A stretch of DNA of 64,000 nucleotides from Patescibacteria group bacterium (GCA_022709735.1 JAKLIG010000002.1:130028-194027), one strand, 5' to 3'; positions 16,853 through 26,978 are shown, numbered from the stretch's first letter. A program made the numbers and translations. Notes: generated from the letters alone by a model not told the origin.

Positions 16853-17566
16853 TTACAAATTATCAAAAATTTCTTCCACATCTTCCTGCTCGTCCAATGC
16901 TTCGAGAAGTTTTTCGTAGTCTAAGCGCGTGGTGTTGTCAATAGAAAGAGTGGATTTTGGGAGATAAGAAAGACCGGATTCTAAAACTTTCAAATTATTT
17001 TGCACTAATTTTTCTTGAACTTTTTGCAAATTATTTTGTTCAGTAAAAACTAGCAAATTATCAGCGTCTATTTTTATATCTTTCGCTCCGGCATCAATCG
17101 CGATCATTTCAAGTTCGTCAATATTTTTGTCCTTTGCATCGATAATAATATTTCCGACTTGTTCGAAATTCCACATTGCACTGCCGGCCTCGCCGAATTT
17201 CCCGCCGGATTTTGTGAGAATGGTTTTGATTTCACTCACTGTCCGATTTTTGTTGTCGGTCACGGCTTTGATAAGCATCATTATTCCTCCCGGTCCCATC
17301 GCTTCATAAGTTATTTCTTCTATTGCATTGCCCTTGAGTTCTCCCGTTCCGCGCTTAATAGCTTTGTCAATGTTGTCTTTGGGCATATTAAATTCGCGGG
17401 CTTTATCCATAGCCATTCGAAGTTTGAAATTTGTGTCTGGGTTGCCGCCGCCTTCCTGCGCAGCGATGACGATTGGTTTGGCAAGGCGAGTGAAAATTTT
17501 AGCGCGCTTGGCGTCATTCACGCCTTTTCTTTGCTTAATTCCCGCCCAATGAGAGTGTCCTGACAT
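16853..17566 (-). CDS. yebC: YebC/PmpR-family transcriptional regulator
   Basis: MSGHSHWAGIKQRKG... canonical YebC N-terminus. I place the start at 17566 rather than the track's 17593. Confidence 0.85.
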   Translation of the reverse strand: MSGHSHWAGIKQRKGVNDAKRAKIFTRLAKPIVIAAQEGGGNPDTNFKLRMAMDKAREFNMPKDNIDKAIKRGTGELKGNAIEEITYEAMGPGGIMMLIKAVTDNKNRTVSEIKTILTKSGGKFGEAGSAMWNFEQVGNIIIDAKDKNIDELEMIAIDAGAKDIKIDADNLLVFTEQNNLQKVQEKLVQNNLKVLESGLSYLPKSTLSIDNTTRLDYEKLLEALDEQEDVEEIFDNL

Positions 17567-17585
17567 ATAAATAAAATTAATTGTA

Positions 17586-17607
17586 GGGAACAAAAATTTT
17601 TGTTCCG
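17586..17607. repeat. perfect palindrome GGAACAAAAATTTTTGTTCC between the LTD-protein gene and the yebC start
   Basis: Read directly; could be an RNA hairpin, a terminator for the upstream minus-strand gene, or an operator. Confidence 0.4.
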
Positions 17608-17660
17608 TACGGATTTATAATTTAATGGTAGCATTTTGAGGCGGAAAATTCAAGGGAAAA

Positions 17661-19463
17661 TTATATTTTCAAAATCAGATAATTTAAGAAAGAATTTGTT
17701 TTTGTCCAAATATTTTCTGAAAAATTTAGAGCCCAGTGTTTTTTGTTTTCAGGCTTTGTAAAAGTATAAAAATTTTCTTGGAATCTTAAATTTTCTGCAC
17801 CTAAAACCCGTTTATTCTGATCTAATAATTTTTCTGGTAAATTTATATTATGGCTTGAATAGGCTAATTTTTGGCGGTTTTTTTGCCTTTTTTGCCAATC
17901 CGATGAAAGGCTGTATTTGCCAAGATTGGTTTGGATTTCGGAAGCGGAAATATTAAAATTTGTTTCTTCTTGTGGAAGAGAAGGAGTTGCTATTTTATTT
18001 ATTTCTGTTGTAGAGAAGCCCAAATTGGGCGTCTCTACATTTCCGGCATTCCACACCCATTTATTATTTTTATTTTTTTCATAAATTTCATCTTCTGCGA
18101 TTTTATCTTTTTTTCGATCATATTTTATTTTTTGCACGACTTTTCCGGATGGATCACGAAGCTCGATTTTAGTTTTTTCATTTCCTAGCGTGAAAGCGCA
18201 AATTTTTTTAGTGAGCTTTTTTGTTTTGCCTTTTTTGATTTTGAAATCTTCTCGAATCGGGTGATTGACTAACTTCTCTTTGCCGGTAGCAATCGACCAA
18301 TTTTTAAGATTAATTTTGTCTTTAGATTCATTTTTAATTTCAATCCACTCATTTTTTGTGTCGCTTCCTTTTGGATTAGGCGAGATGCTTTTTATTCTAA
18401 TTTTTGGAGCATTATATTTTTCAACTTTAACTTCGAATTCATAAACCTTATCTTCTCCATCTCCGGTGATTTTGAGGCTACCTTTATATTTCCCAGTTTT
18501 TTCATATTTATGCTTGGTTTTTTTGAGATAGCTTTTATGGTCGTCGCCGAAATTCCAAGTAAATTTTTTTGCGTCATCATCAGCCAAAACATCGAAATAG
18601 GCATAAGTATTTTTGTATATTTTTTTAGGTAAGATTATTTTTCCTGACAAAATTTTGTCAAAACTATTTTCTCCACCGGGAGTAGATAGCGATGTCCAGC
18701 GCCAGGAAGAGCCATCGAAAGAAAAGGAATGAGCAGATTTTGTTGAGGAATATTTTTGGCTATCAACCAAGTTGCCATTTTTATCATGAAGAAAAACAGT
18801 ATCGCCGTTAGAATCATTGTTTAGGGAAAACGACCCATAAAAAACATAAAAGTTTCCATTTTTTTCATGTTTGGAAATTTTCCCTTTTGTTCCTTTGGAA
18901 TCTTTTATGACCCAGTCAGAGAAATCAATTTCTTTTCCGCTCGAATTTATTATTTCCACAAATTCCTCCTCTCCATTTTTGGTATCCGGCGCGGGATAAA
19001 TCTCATTGATTTTTATTCCAGAATAATTTGGTTTTTCTTCTTCTTCGGAATCGTCATCTTCTTCCCAGTTTATACTGTCAATAATTATTCCAGAATCCGT
19101 ATTGCCAAGAATTATGGCAATACCATTGTCTTCAGAAATAACACTACTTTTACTCGTATTGGCCCAAAGATAAATTTCTTTGGCAGGGATAATATCCTTA
19201 CTTCCGAATGATTTTATGCTAGTTTTTGTTCCAGTGGATGCTTTTTTAACAAGTCTATATCCATCTAGTTTAATTTCCTTGTCTGTTGTGTTGGTAATTT
19301 CTATAAAATCTTCTTCAGTTTTTCCGGGTCCTCCTGTATATTGCACATTTGTAATTTTTAAAACTGGCTCGGCCAGACAAATTTTTCCCAAAATAAAAAA
19401 GCTAGCTAAAATAACCAGCCCATAAATAAAAAAACAATAAAAATTATTTTTGTTTTTATCCAC
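17661..19463 (-). CDS. membrane-anchored secreted protein with three lamin-tail-domain (LTD)-like repeats
   Basis: N-terminal TM; repeated motifs EDFIEITNTTDKEIKLDGYRL, EEFVEIINSSGKEIDFSDWVI, NEWIEIKNESKDKINLKNWSI. Confidence 0.55.
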   Translation of the reverse strand: MDKNKNNFYCFFIYGLVILASFFILGKICLAEPVLKITNVQYTGGPGKTEEDFIEITNTTDKEIKLDGYRLVKKASTGTKTSIKSFGSKDIIPAKEIYLWANTSKSSVISEDNGIAIILGNTDSGIIIDSINWEEDDDSEEEEKPNYSGIKINEIYPAPDTKNGEEEFVEIINSSGKEIDFSDWVIKDSKGTKGKISKHEKNGNFYVFYGSFSLNNDSNGDTVFLHDKNGNLVDSQKYSSTKSAHSFSFDGSSWRWTSLSTPGGENSFDKILSGKIILPKKIYKNTYAYFDVLADDDAKKFTWNFGDDHKSYLKKTKHKYEKTGKYKGSLKITGDGEDKVYEFEVKVEKYNAPKIRIKSISPNPKGSDTKNEWIEIKNESKDKINLKNWSIATGKEKLVNHPIREDFKIKKGKTKKLTKKICAFTLGNEKTKIELRDPSGKVVQKIKYDRKKDKIAEDEIYEKNKNNKWVWNAGNVETPNLGFSTTEINKIATPSLPQEETNFNISASEIQTNLGKYSLSSDWQKRQKNRQKLAYSSHNINLPEKLLDQNKRVLGAENLRFQENFYTFTKPENKKHWALNFSENIWTKTNSFLNYLILKI

Positions 19464-19496
19464 CCTTTTATCTATTTGAAAAAAATAAATAGAAAG

Positions 19497-20090
19497 CTAA
19501 ACAACATCTTCGTGATGAATTTTTTCTCGAAGCATTTTTCCAAATTCATTTTCTTCCTTATTTTCCAATTCTTTTTGTAGTTTCATGATTAAATCTTTAA
19601 CAGAATAAGGATCTGGAATTTGTCTGAATCTAAATCTTTCTCGTTCACCGGCAGTTTGGACTAAAAGGTCGCCATAATTGAAAAAAGTTGGAATAATTCC
19701 TCGAACATCAGTAGTGACATCTTGAATTTTTTCCAGTTCTAGTTCGCTTACGACTCTTGTGAAGAGACCCTTTTGCTCAACATTGATTATTCTTTCATTA
19801 GTGACTATCCAAACGTCAAAATAGAAATCAATCCAAATAACAAAGAAAAGCAACCAAACAAAAAGGAAGAAAAGACTGCGGACAAAAGAAGCAAGACTGA
19901 AAAAAATTTGGGGGCTAAACTCATTGAAAAAATAAGAAGAGAGGGTATAGCTACCAAGGATAATCGCTAATATTAAAAAAACAATGGAAAAATGACCAAG
20001 AATATTTAACCAGTGGCGGTGAAGAACTGCCAGAATTTCTTCGTCATCTTTTTGTCCTTCAAAATGATAATGAGTAAAATTCAATTGCAT
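19497..20090 (-). CDS. membrane protein with a bacterial PH-like (YdbS/YdbT-type) domain
   Basis: Two N-terminal TM helices followed by a ~100-aa soluble domain. Confidence 0.4.
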   Translation of the reverse strand: MQLNFTHYHFEGQKDDEEILAVLHRHWLNILGHFSIVFLILAIILGSYTLSSYFFNEFSPQIFFSLASFVRSLFFLFVWLLFFVIWIDFYFDVWIVTNERIINVEQKGLFTRVVSELELEKIQDVTTDVRGIIPTFFNYGDLLVQTAGERERFRFRQIPDPYSVKDLIMKLQKELENKEENEFGKMLREKIHHEDVV

Positions 20091-20095
20091 ATGAA

Positions 20096-20323
20096 TTAGC
20101 TAAAAAAAAGAATTTTTGAAAATAAAGATTCCCAATCTATGGAGAAAAAAAATATTATATTCGCGAAAAAAAGTATAGCAGAAATTATTATAAAAATAGG
20201 AAGCATTATTTTATTTATTTCTGCATGGATGGAATAGCGATGAAGATGATAAACAATAAAGATAGCGATAAAAATAAAAGAAACAAGAAGAATAGTATAA
20301 AGGGTAAGAATTATGTAAAACAT
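20096..20323 (-). CDS. small hydrophobic membrane protein (75 aa)
   Basis: Two predicted TM helices; weakly supported. Confidence 0.3.
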   Translation of the reverse strand: MFYIILTLYTILLVSFIFIAIFIVYHLHRYSIHAEINKIMLPIFIIISAILFFANIIFFFSIDWESLFSKILFFS

Positions 20324-20329
20324 AGATTT

Positions 20330-21334
20330 TTATAAAAGCTTATTTTCGCTGTTATATTTTATGCCTAAATGCAAATAAGCAGCTTCGGTCGCGATTCGAC
20401 CCCGCGGAGTTCTGGCTAAAAATCCGATTTGGATTAGATACGGTTCATAAACATCTTCAATAGTTTTGATTTCTTCCGAAGTAGCGGCGGCGATTGTTCC
20501 AAGTCCGACTGGTCCGCCATGAAATTTTTCAATAATGGTTCGAAGAATTTGTTTGTCCGCCGGTTCGAGGCCCAATGGATCAACATCAATCATTGCTAAT
20601 GCTTCCTCGGCTACAGCTTCATTTATAATATCATGATTTTTTATTTGCGAAAAATCACGTACTCGTTTCAAAAGCCGGTTAGCCACTCTTGGAGTGCATC
20701 TGGCGCACTCGGAAATTTTTGAAAGACCGGTGTCATCGGCTTTGACTCCCAAAATTTTTGCGGAGCGCTCTAATATTTTTTTAATCTCCGGATTAGTATA
20801 AAATTCCAAGCGATGCACTGCGCCAAAACGGTTTCGAAGGGGATTAGAAATTGAACCAAGCTTGGTTGTTGCTCCAATCAAAGTAAACTTCGGCAGATCA
20901 AGTTGAATTGTTCGGGCTGATGGACCTTTGCCGATAATAATGTCTAGCTTATAGTCTTCCATCGCAGGGTAGAGAATTTCTTCGATTGACTTATTGAGTC
21001 TATGAATTTCATCGATAAACAAAATATCGCCATCGGAAAGATTGGTGAGAATTGATCCGAAATCGCCGACACGTTCAATTGCTGGTCCGGAAGTAGTTTT
21101 TATCGCCACGCCCATTTCCTTGGCGATGATATTGGCCAAAGTTGTTTTTCCCAGTCCCGCCGGGCCATATAAAAGTACATGCTCGATAGATTCCTTTCTT
21201 TTTTTAGCAGCCTGGATCAAAATATCCAAATTTTTCTTAACCTTAATCTGTCCGACATATTCATCGAAATTTTGCGGTCGAAGCGTAACATCAAAAGTCA
21301 AATCTTCCGGTTGTTCATTGGAGGTTGTAATCAT
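20330..21334 (-). CDS. ruvB: Holliday junction branch migration ATPase RuvB
   Basis: [22 protein letters not shown] Walker A; sensor motifs; 334 aa. Confidence 0.95.
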   Translation of the reverse strand: MITTSNEQPEDLTFDVTLRPQNFDEYVGQIKVKKNLDILIQAAKKRKESIEHVLLYGPAGLGKTTLANIIAKEMGVAIKTTSGPAIERVGDFGSILTNLSDGDILFIDEIHRLNKSIEEILYPAMEDYKLDIIIGKGPSARTIQLDLPKFTLIGATTKLGSISNPLRNRFGAVHRLEFYTNPEIKKILERSAKILGVKADDTGLSKISECARCTPRVANRLLKRVRDFSQIKNHDIINEAVAEEALAMIDVDPLGLEPADKQILRTIIEKFHGGPVGLGTIAAATSEEIKTIEDVYEPYLIQIGFLARTPRGRIATEAAYLHLGIKYNSENKLL

Positions 21335-21356
21335 AATAATTGCATTATACAGCTGT

Positions 21357-21385
21357 TTGACAAATTTTCCAAGTTATGCTATGCT
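21357..21385 (+). promoter_or_regulatory. sigma70-like promoter TTGACA-17-TATGCT followed by a ~245-nt structured leader
   Basis: ttgaca aattttccaagttatgc tatgct. The downstream leader contains long-range complementarity TGCAGGCAA (21443-21451) / TTGCCTGCA (21567-21575). Confidence 0.35.
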
Positions 21386-21637
21386 CCGGGGTCATCTAAT
21401 TTAACCATTTTTTATGGTCAAATTGGTGGCTAGCAGTAAATTGCAGGCAATTGGTGGCTTCTATCTTTTGTCATCAATATAGAAACAGCTTTCAAGACAT
21501 GGGTAGGGTGGGTTCGTCCTGCGCTATTCCTCGATATTGTTTCTTTTCTCGGGGTCCTACTTCGAGTCCTTGCCTGCAGATTAGTGTAACTTTTAATTTA
21601 AAATAAAACAGTTTTTTGACAACCGAAAGGGGAAAAT

Positions 21638-21922
21638 ATGAAATCATTAATATTAATATTTAGTTTTAGTCAAGCTGACTTGATCAGTTTTATTTTTTTT
21701 CTAGGTTTTTTTCTTTATCTTTTAATTAAATGGGTTAGAGAAGAAAAGGGAAATTTTTTGATAAAAATAATTGCATCCATCGCAACCCCGCTAATTGTGG
21801 GTGCAACGTTATTTTTGTTGGGAGCATTGGGATTTCTGGCCTGCTCATGGATTTTAAGTATTTTAGGAATTAAAGGCTGGATCGTTGCTAAAACAATCTG
21901 GTTTTTACAATTAATAAAATAA
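21638..21922 (+). CDS. small membrane protein (94 aa)
   Basis: SD aaagggga; three TM segments. Confidence 0.5.
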   Translation: MKSLILIFSFSQADLISFIFFLGFFLYLLIKWVREEKGNFLIKIIASIATPLIVGATLFLLGALGFLACSWILSILGIKGWIVAKTIWFLQLIK

Positions 21923-21938
21923 AAAAAACTCTTTAAAA

Positions 21939-22199
21939 ATGAAAGGACGGTGTTTTATGAAAAAAATCATTTTGGTTGTAGTGTTATTAAGTATGTTTTT
22001 GCTTGTAGGTTGCAGTGACAATCCACAGGAAAGAAACATGCAAGGTATGTCGGTCATGCTGGCTGGTATAATGGTTAATATCTGGTTAGGAATTATGGCC
22101 ACACATAATTATTCAAGAGAACTCAAAAAATTATTAATTTTTTTATGCAAGAAAAATGGGGCATCAGAAAAAGATATTAAAGAAATACTCAAAAAGTAA
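21939..22199 (+). CDS. lipoprotein (signal peptide + lipobox LLVGC)
   Basis: MKKIILVVVLLSMFLLVGCSDNPQ... Confidence 0.55.
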   Translation: MKGRCFMKKIILVVVLLSMFLLVGCSDNPQERNMQGMSVMLAGIMVNIWLGIMATHNYSRELKKLLIFLCKKNGASEKDIKEILKK

Positions 22200-22232
22200 C
22201 CAGGCGCGGAGGGCCTGGCGAGAAAAATAAAA

Positions 22233-22268
22233 AGGACTGAGCTATTCAGATAGACAGTCCTTTTTTTA
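22233..22268 (+). terminator. rho-independent terminator
   Basis: AGGACTG(22233-22239)...CAGTCCT(22255-22261) followed by TTTTTTT. Confidence 0.7.
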
Positions 22269-22410
22269 ATGTCTAATTTTAATATAAGGCTAAAGGCTAA
22301 ATATAATTTTTAATTTTTGAATTTTTAATTTTATAAATAAATCTTAATTCTTAAATTTTTAAACATTAGAAATTAAAGCATTATTTAAAAATTATAAAAT
22401 TAAAAATTTT

Positions 22411-25400
22411 CTAAAGATCTGTTACTCTTTCCACTTCTTCCAGAGAAGTTTCGCCTTCCAAAACTCGCAAAATTCCATCTTGCGTCATGGTGAGCATGCC
22501 AAGTTCAACTGCTTTTTCTTCGAGCTCGGCTGTGATGGCACCTCTAGTGATAAGATCTTGAATTTCACGAGAAATTTGGAAAACTTCGCTTACAGTCATC
22601 TGACCCTTGTAGCCAAGTCCATTGCATTTCGGACAGCCTTTCGGTTTATATATTTCCAAAACTTTCGGAATTTCCACGCCTGATTTTTGACTAATAGTTT
22701 TCAAAACTTTTTCAATTTTTTCTTTTTCTTCTGCGCTTGGAGAAATTTTTTCTTTGCAATCGCAAAGTCTTCGCACTAATCTTTGCGCCATAAAAGCATT
22801 GACGGCGGTGGCAATGTCTGATGGAGCCACGCCCATATTGATCATTCGAGCGACAGCGCCAGCAGCGTTGTTAGTGTGGATTGTTGACAAAACCAAATGG
22901 CCAGTAAGAGAGGCTTGCACGGCCACTTGCGCAGTTTCGTCATCTCGAATTTCACCGATCATCATAATGTCTGGGTTTTGGCGAAGAAGGGCACGAAGAG
23001 CGGTGGCAAAAGTATAGCCTTCCTTTTCACTTACAGGAGTCTGTAAAATCCCAGGTAGTTGATATTCAATTGGATCTTCCACGGTGATTATTTTTACTTC
23101 GGGCTTGTTGAGAAGACTAAGGATACTATAAAGCGTGGTGGTTTTTCCAGATCCAGTCGGACCAGTATTAAGAATGACTCCATTAGGTTTTTTAATCTCA
23201 CTTATTATTTTTTCCAAATTTTCTTTTCTAATCCCAAGTTTTGTAAGATCTAGTTCTATCGAAGATCCACGAAGAAGGCGCATCACAATTGTTTCACCAT
23301 AACCGCCGAGAATTATTGAAATACGCACATCAATATTTTTTTCGGTTATTTCCTTAATATCATCATCAAACATTATGCTAAAGCGACTGTCAATCACGCC
23401 TTGACGAACTTCTGTTTTTACGCCAGAAAGCATTTTTATTTCTCCTAAAAGTGCTGGATATTCATTGAGTGGAAGTGTGGCAACATTTTGCAAAATTCCA
23501 TCGATTCGAAATCGTATTTTCACATCATCTTTTTCCGGTTCGATATGAATGTCGCCAACATTAAGAATTGTGGCAGCAGAAAAAATAATTTTATTAATAT
23601 CCATTGTCTTTGAAGCGCGCAAAACTTCTTCTAATTTTTTGAAATCTACTATATTTTCTTTAGCGCTTGAATAATTTTTTTCTTCGATTAGAATTTTTTT
23701 GCCAAGTGTTTGCGACATCAATTTTTCATAAATGCTTTCCAAAAATTCTCCTTGTCCGGTAGCTTCCTCGACTTCATCGATAGAGGTGACACCGCTAATT
23801 GCTTTCAAAATCCCGTCTTGAAGCATGGTGATCATACCAGATTCCAAGGCGGCAATGGCCAGATCAGTTTCGCCAGCCATTTCCAAAATTAATTTTTCAA
23901 TATCTTCATTGATTGTGAGAACTTCAAAAATTCCAATTCGCCCCTTGTATCCCAATCCACTGCATTTTGGACAGCCTTTTGGCCGATAAAGTTTTTCGAT
24001 ATTTTTTGGAATTTCTATTTTGGATTTCGGGGAGATAATTGAAAGAATTTTTTGAATGGATTCAATTGATTCCTTAGCGGGAACATAACTTTCTTTGCAG
24101 TCACAAAGTTTTCGCACCAAACGCTGACCGATTATGGCATTAATTGCAGGGGACATCAAAGTTGGCTTCACTCCAAGCTCAACGAGCCGTGGAATAGTTC
24201 CGATAGCATTATTAGTGTGGAGTGAAGATAAAACTAAATGTCCAGTGAGAGAGGAATTTACCGCAATGTCAGCGGTTTCATCGTCTCGAATTTCACCAAC
24301 TAAAATTACATCTGGGTCTTGGCGGACGATAGCGCGAAGCCCTTGGGCGAAAGTATAACCCCTTTCTTTTTCTACTTGGGTTTGAGAAATGCCTGATAAC
24401 TCATATTCAATTGGATCTTCAATAGTGATTATTTTTTTATCCGGTGTATTTAATTTGTTGATGATGGAATAAAGTGTTGTAGTTTTCCCCGATCCAGTTG
24501 GTCCGGTGTTCAAAATCATTCCGTTTGGTGCTTGCATTTCTTTTTGGACTATTTCATAAGCCAAGCCCTGAAGTCCTAAATTTTCTACGCTCACCTTGAT
24601 TGAATCTGGATCGAGAAGTCTCATTACAACTGATTCGCCGAAATTTCCTGGAATAACGGAAACACGAAGGTCAATTTTTTTGTCAGCTAAATTTATTTCG
24701 AAAGTTCCATCCTGAGCAATGTCGCGAAGATTGAGTTTCATTCCAGACATTAACTTTATGCGGGAAAGAATAGTGTTAAAAACATTGAGTGGCAAAAAGG
24801 CTATGTCCTGAAGCGTTCCGTCAATGCGATACCTAAGACGAAGTTTGTTTTCTTGTGGCTCAATATGAACATCGCTCGCGCCAAGCTTGTAGGCGCCAGC
24901 CATCATAATATTCAAAATTTGAGTGGTTGGCAGTTCGCCGATGCGCTGTTTCAGAGTAATAAGATCTTTCATTTCTTTCTCAAATTCGGAAAGTTCTTCT
25001 CCGCTAAGATTCAAGCTCATTTGATCCAAAACATCCACAAAAACAATCTGTTTGTATTTTTCAAAAACTCGGTTCAAGTTTGACGCAGAGACAACAAAAA
25101 TTTTTATCTGCCAGCCTTTTTCTTGCTTGAGTTTTTCCAAGAAATCTGTAGCTTCTTTATTTTCCGGATCAGAGGATATGATTGTAATCACTCTTCCATT
25201 TCGATGGATCACTGCTATCCGAAATTTCCGCGCTTCTTCTTCAGAGAGAAGTCGAATATCATCTTTAGAAATTGGGATGAGATTAGTATCGATATAAGGG
25301 AGATTAAGCTCGGCAGCCAGTTTTGAAGCTGTTTCTTCTTCCTCTTTTTTTCGGAATTGAGAAAGAATTTTAGCAGTCTTTGTTGTTTCCTGGATCTCAT

Positions 25401-25443
25401 CTTGGTTTTTATTTTGAATTTTAGGTTTGAGAATTTTTATCAT
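22411..25443 (-). CDS. tandem fusion of two complete GspE/PilB-type secretion ATPases (type IV pilus / T2SS assembly ATPase)
   Basis: Two full copies: Walker A GPTGSGKTTTLYS twice; tetra-Cys zinc motifs CDCK...CPKC twice; two GspE_N-like N-domains. Nucleotide-level internal similarity is also visible as paralogous antisense ORFs at 22754-23017 and 24134-24358. Confidence 0.85.
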   Translation of the reverse strand: MIKILKPKIQNKNQDEIQETTKTAKILSQFRKKEEEETASKLAAELNLPYIDTNLIPISKDDIRLLSEEEARKFRIAVIHRNGRVITIISSDPENKEATDFLEKLKQEKGWQIKIFVVSASNLNRVFEKYKQIVFVDVLDQMSLNLSGEELSEFEKEMKDLITLKQRIGELPTTQILNIMMAGAYKLGASDVHIEPQENKLRLRYRIDGTLQDIAFLPLNVFNTILSRIKLMSGMKLNLRDIAQDGTFEINLADKKIDLRVSVIPGNFGESVVMRLLDPDSIKVSVENLGLQGLAYEIVQKEMQAPNGMILNTGPTGSGKTTTLYSIINKLNTPDKKIITIEDPIEYELSGISQTQVEKERGYTFAQGLRAIVRQDPDVILVGEIRDDETADIAVNSSLTGHLVLSSLHTNNAIGTIPRLVELGVKPTLMSPAINAIIGQRLVRKLCDCKESYVPAKESIESIQKILSIISPKSKIEIPKNIEKLYRPKGCPKCSGLGYKGRIGIFEVLTINEDIEKLILEMAGETDLAIAALESGMITMLQDGILKAISGVTSIDEVEEATGQGEFLESIYEKLMSQTLGKKILIEEKNYSSAKENIVDFKKLEEVLRASKTMDINKIIFSAATILNVGDIHIEPEKDDVKIRFRIDGILQNVATLPLNEYPALLGEIKMLSGVKTEVRQGVIDSRFSIMFDDDIKEITEKNIDVRISIILGGYGETIVMRLLRGSSIELDLTKLGIRKENLEKIISEIKKPNGVILNTGPTGSGKTTTLYSILSLLNKPEVKIITVEDPIEYQLPGILQTPVSEKEGYTFATALRALLRQNPDIMMIGEIRDDETAQVAVQASLTGHLVLSTIHTNNAAGAVARMINMGVAPSDIATAVNAFMAQRLVRRLCDCKEKISPSAEEKEKIEKVLKTISQKSGVEIPKVLEIYKPKGCPKCNGLGYKGQMTVSEVFQISREIQDLITRGAITAELEEKAVELGMLTMTQDGILRVLEGETSLEEVERVTDL

Positions 25444-25520
25444 TTCCTTACGAATTACGAATTGGTACGAATGTACAAATAAGTAAAAAATTATAATATT
25501 ATCTTATCATAAAATGATAA

Positions 25521-25547
25521 ATTAAAAAACTGCCTAAATTAAGGCAG
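25521..25547 (-). terminator. terminator for the DHH phosphoesterase gene
   Basis: On the minus strand CTGCCTTAATTTAGGCAG is followed by TTTTTT. Confidence 0.6.
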
Positions 25548-25567
25548 TGTAAAATTTTAAGTAGAGA

Positions 25568-26701
25568 TTATTTTATTGCTATATTTTTTATTTTTTCTGC
25601 AATGGATTTTCCAGCCTCGATTAGGTTTGAATTTTCAATTTTTATCTCCAAAAATCCGCGCTTAAAATTTTCCGGAAATTCGGAAATTATTTTCTTGGCC
25701 GTTTCGGAGTTGGAAATTCTAATCAGGGCTACGGAACTTTGGGGCGTATCATTATAAACAGCCATAAAAATTTGTCCTTCGCTAAAATTTTCTTCGAGTT
25801 TTGAAATTATAAGCGACAAATCTTCTATGCTTGATCGGCTTTGCACGAAGTCTTCAACTGTTAGCGCTGACCAAATAAGCTGGCTTTCCTCGTCCCAATT
25901 TATTTTTGCCATTGCTCGTCCCCAAAGTTTCAAAATATGAAGCGGATGAGTTTTATACAGGAAGCGTACGATTTCTTGTTGGTCAGCACCTTTGTCCATA
26001 AGCGCGGCTGAAGCCGAAAGAGCTTTAGGTGTAGTATTTTTTTTCTGAAAACTGTCAGTTGCGCCGATAAGACCGGTGAGAAGGCAAGTGGCAATTTTTT
26101 TATCAATTAATTCTGGATTTATTTCTTCAAAAGTCCGAGCTAAAATTTCAGAAGAAGAGGAAGCGGTGATATCAGTGAGATTGATTTGCCCGAAATTGTC
26201 ATTATCGCTTTTATGATCAATGTTCACAATTGGCACTTCAAAAAATAAATCCGTATTGTCGAGATAAAGTTTTCCAAGTTTTTCCAAATCCGAGCAACCA
26301 ATAACGATAGCTAAGTCATATTTGAATTTTGCCAAAATAAAAGAAAAATCGCGCGGATCGATGGAGCCTTTTTCCGGCGTGACCAAGATATTGAAAATAT
26401 CGCCTTTTTCTTCGTGGCGAACTCGCATAATTTTATTTTGCGCGGTGTTGAATGAAAGCACAAAATCGCGCGCGCCGGAAATTTCCGAAAGTATATTTTG
26501 GGGACGCGGAAGAAAAGTAAATTTTTCTGACAAATGGTTAGAGAAAGCGATGGCCGGAAGAATATTCAGCTTTTCTAAAAAATAATAAAGCGCCCAGGCC
26601 GAGCCAACAGCATCAGCCGATGGATTTTCTGGAATAAGAATCAAAACTTCTTTGGAAGTTTCCAGAAATTTTTTAAATTGTTCTTGGGAAGATAGGGACA
26701 T
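25568..26701 (-). CDS. DHH/DHHA1 phosphoesterase (NrnA-like nanoRNase / pAp phosphatase)
   Basis: 377 aa; DHH-family N-terminus with metal-binding Asp/His clusters (NIDHKSDND); DHHA1-like C-terminus. Confidence 0.7.
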   Translation of the reverse strand: MSLSSQEQFKKFLETSKEVLILIPENPSADAVGSAWALYYFLEKLNILPAIAFSNHLSEKFTFLPRPQNILSEISGARDFVLSFNTAQNKIMRVRHEEKGDIFNILVTPEKGSIDPRDFSFILAKFKYDLAIVIGCSDLEKLGKLYLDNTDLFFEVPIVNIDHKSDNDNFGQINLTDITASSSSEILARTFEEINPELIDKKIATCLLTGLIGATDSFQKKNTTPKALSASAALMDKGADQQEIVRFLYKTHPLHILKLWGRAMAKINWDEESQLIWSALTVEDFVQSRSSIEDLSLIISKLEENFSEGQIFMAVYNDTPQSSVALIRISNSETAKKIISEFPENFKRGFLEIKIENSNLIEAGKSIAEKIKNIAIK

Positions 26702-26870
26702 GATAGGTAGCTTTTAGGAATTAGCTGTTAGCTTTTAGTTAGTTTAGTAAAATAGCATCTGAAAAATGTATTGTCAATGCTTAGCAGAAAGAAAAGGGCT
26801 GTCCGGATGAAAAACAAGAGGTGTATTTTTATTAATTTGGCTTATTTTAGCCTAAAATAGGCTAATGCGC

Positions 26871-26899
26871 TTGACTTTTTTGCTATTTGGGTGTATAAT
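26871..26899 (+). promoter_or_regulatory. sigma70-like promoter TTGACT-17-TATAAT
   Basis: ttgact(26871-26876) + 17 nt + tataat(26894-26899), about 80 nt upstream of the 26979 ORF. Confidence 0.6.
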
Positions 26900-26978
26900 A
26901 CAAAGTTAAAAAATATAGGTTTATTTTTTATCCAAAAACAAAAAACAGTGCTATAAAGGCACAAAAAAGGAGACGACC

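Noticed and set aside
16853-17593. Longer yebC start at 17593 (MFPTINFIYMSGHS...)
   Set aside because: The canonical YebC N-terminus MSGHSHWAG begins at the ATG at 17566. The extra 9 codons overlap the palindrome at 17586-17607, so they are probably not translated.
21520-21600. T-box-like word AGGGTGG in the 21.4-21.6-kb leader
   Set aside because: The following bases (GTTCGTCCTGCG) do not match the T-box consensus (..NACCGCG). No specifier-loop or K-turn features were evident, and the downstream genes are not tRNA-charging related.
22270-22410. AT-rich low-complexity tract (aatttttaatttttgaatttttaattttataaataaatcttaattcttaaattt...) downstream of the pilB-fusion gene
   Set aside because: Irregular A/T oligomer runs without a defined repeat unit or dyad; probably just curved, AT-rich spacer DNA.
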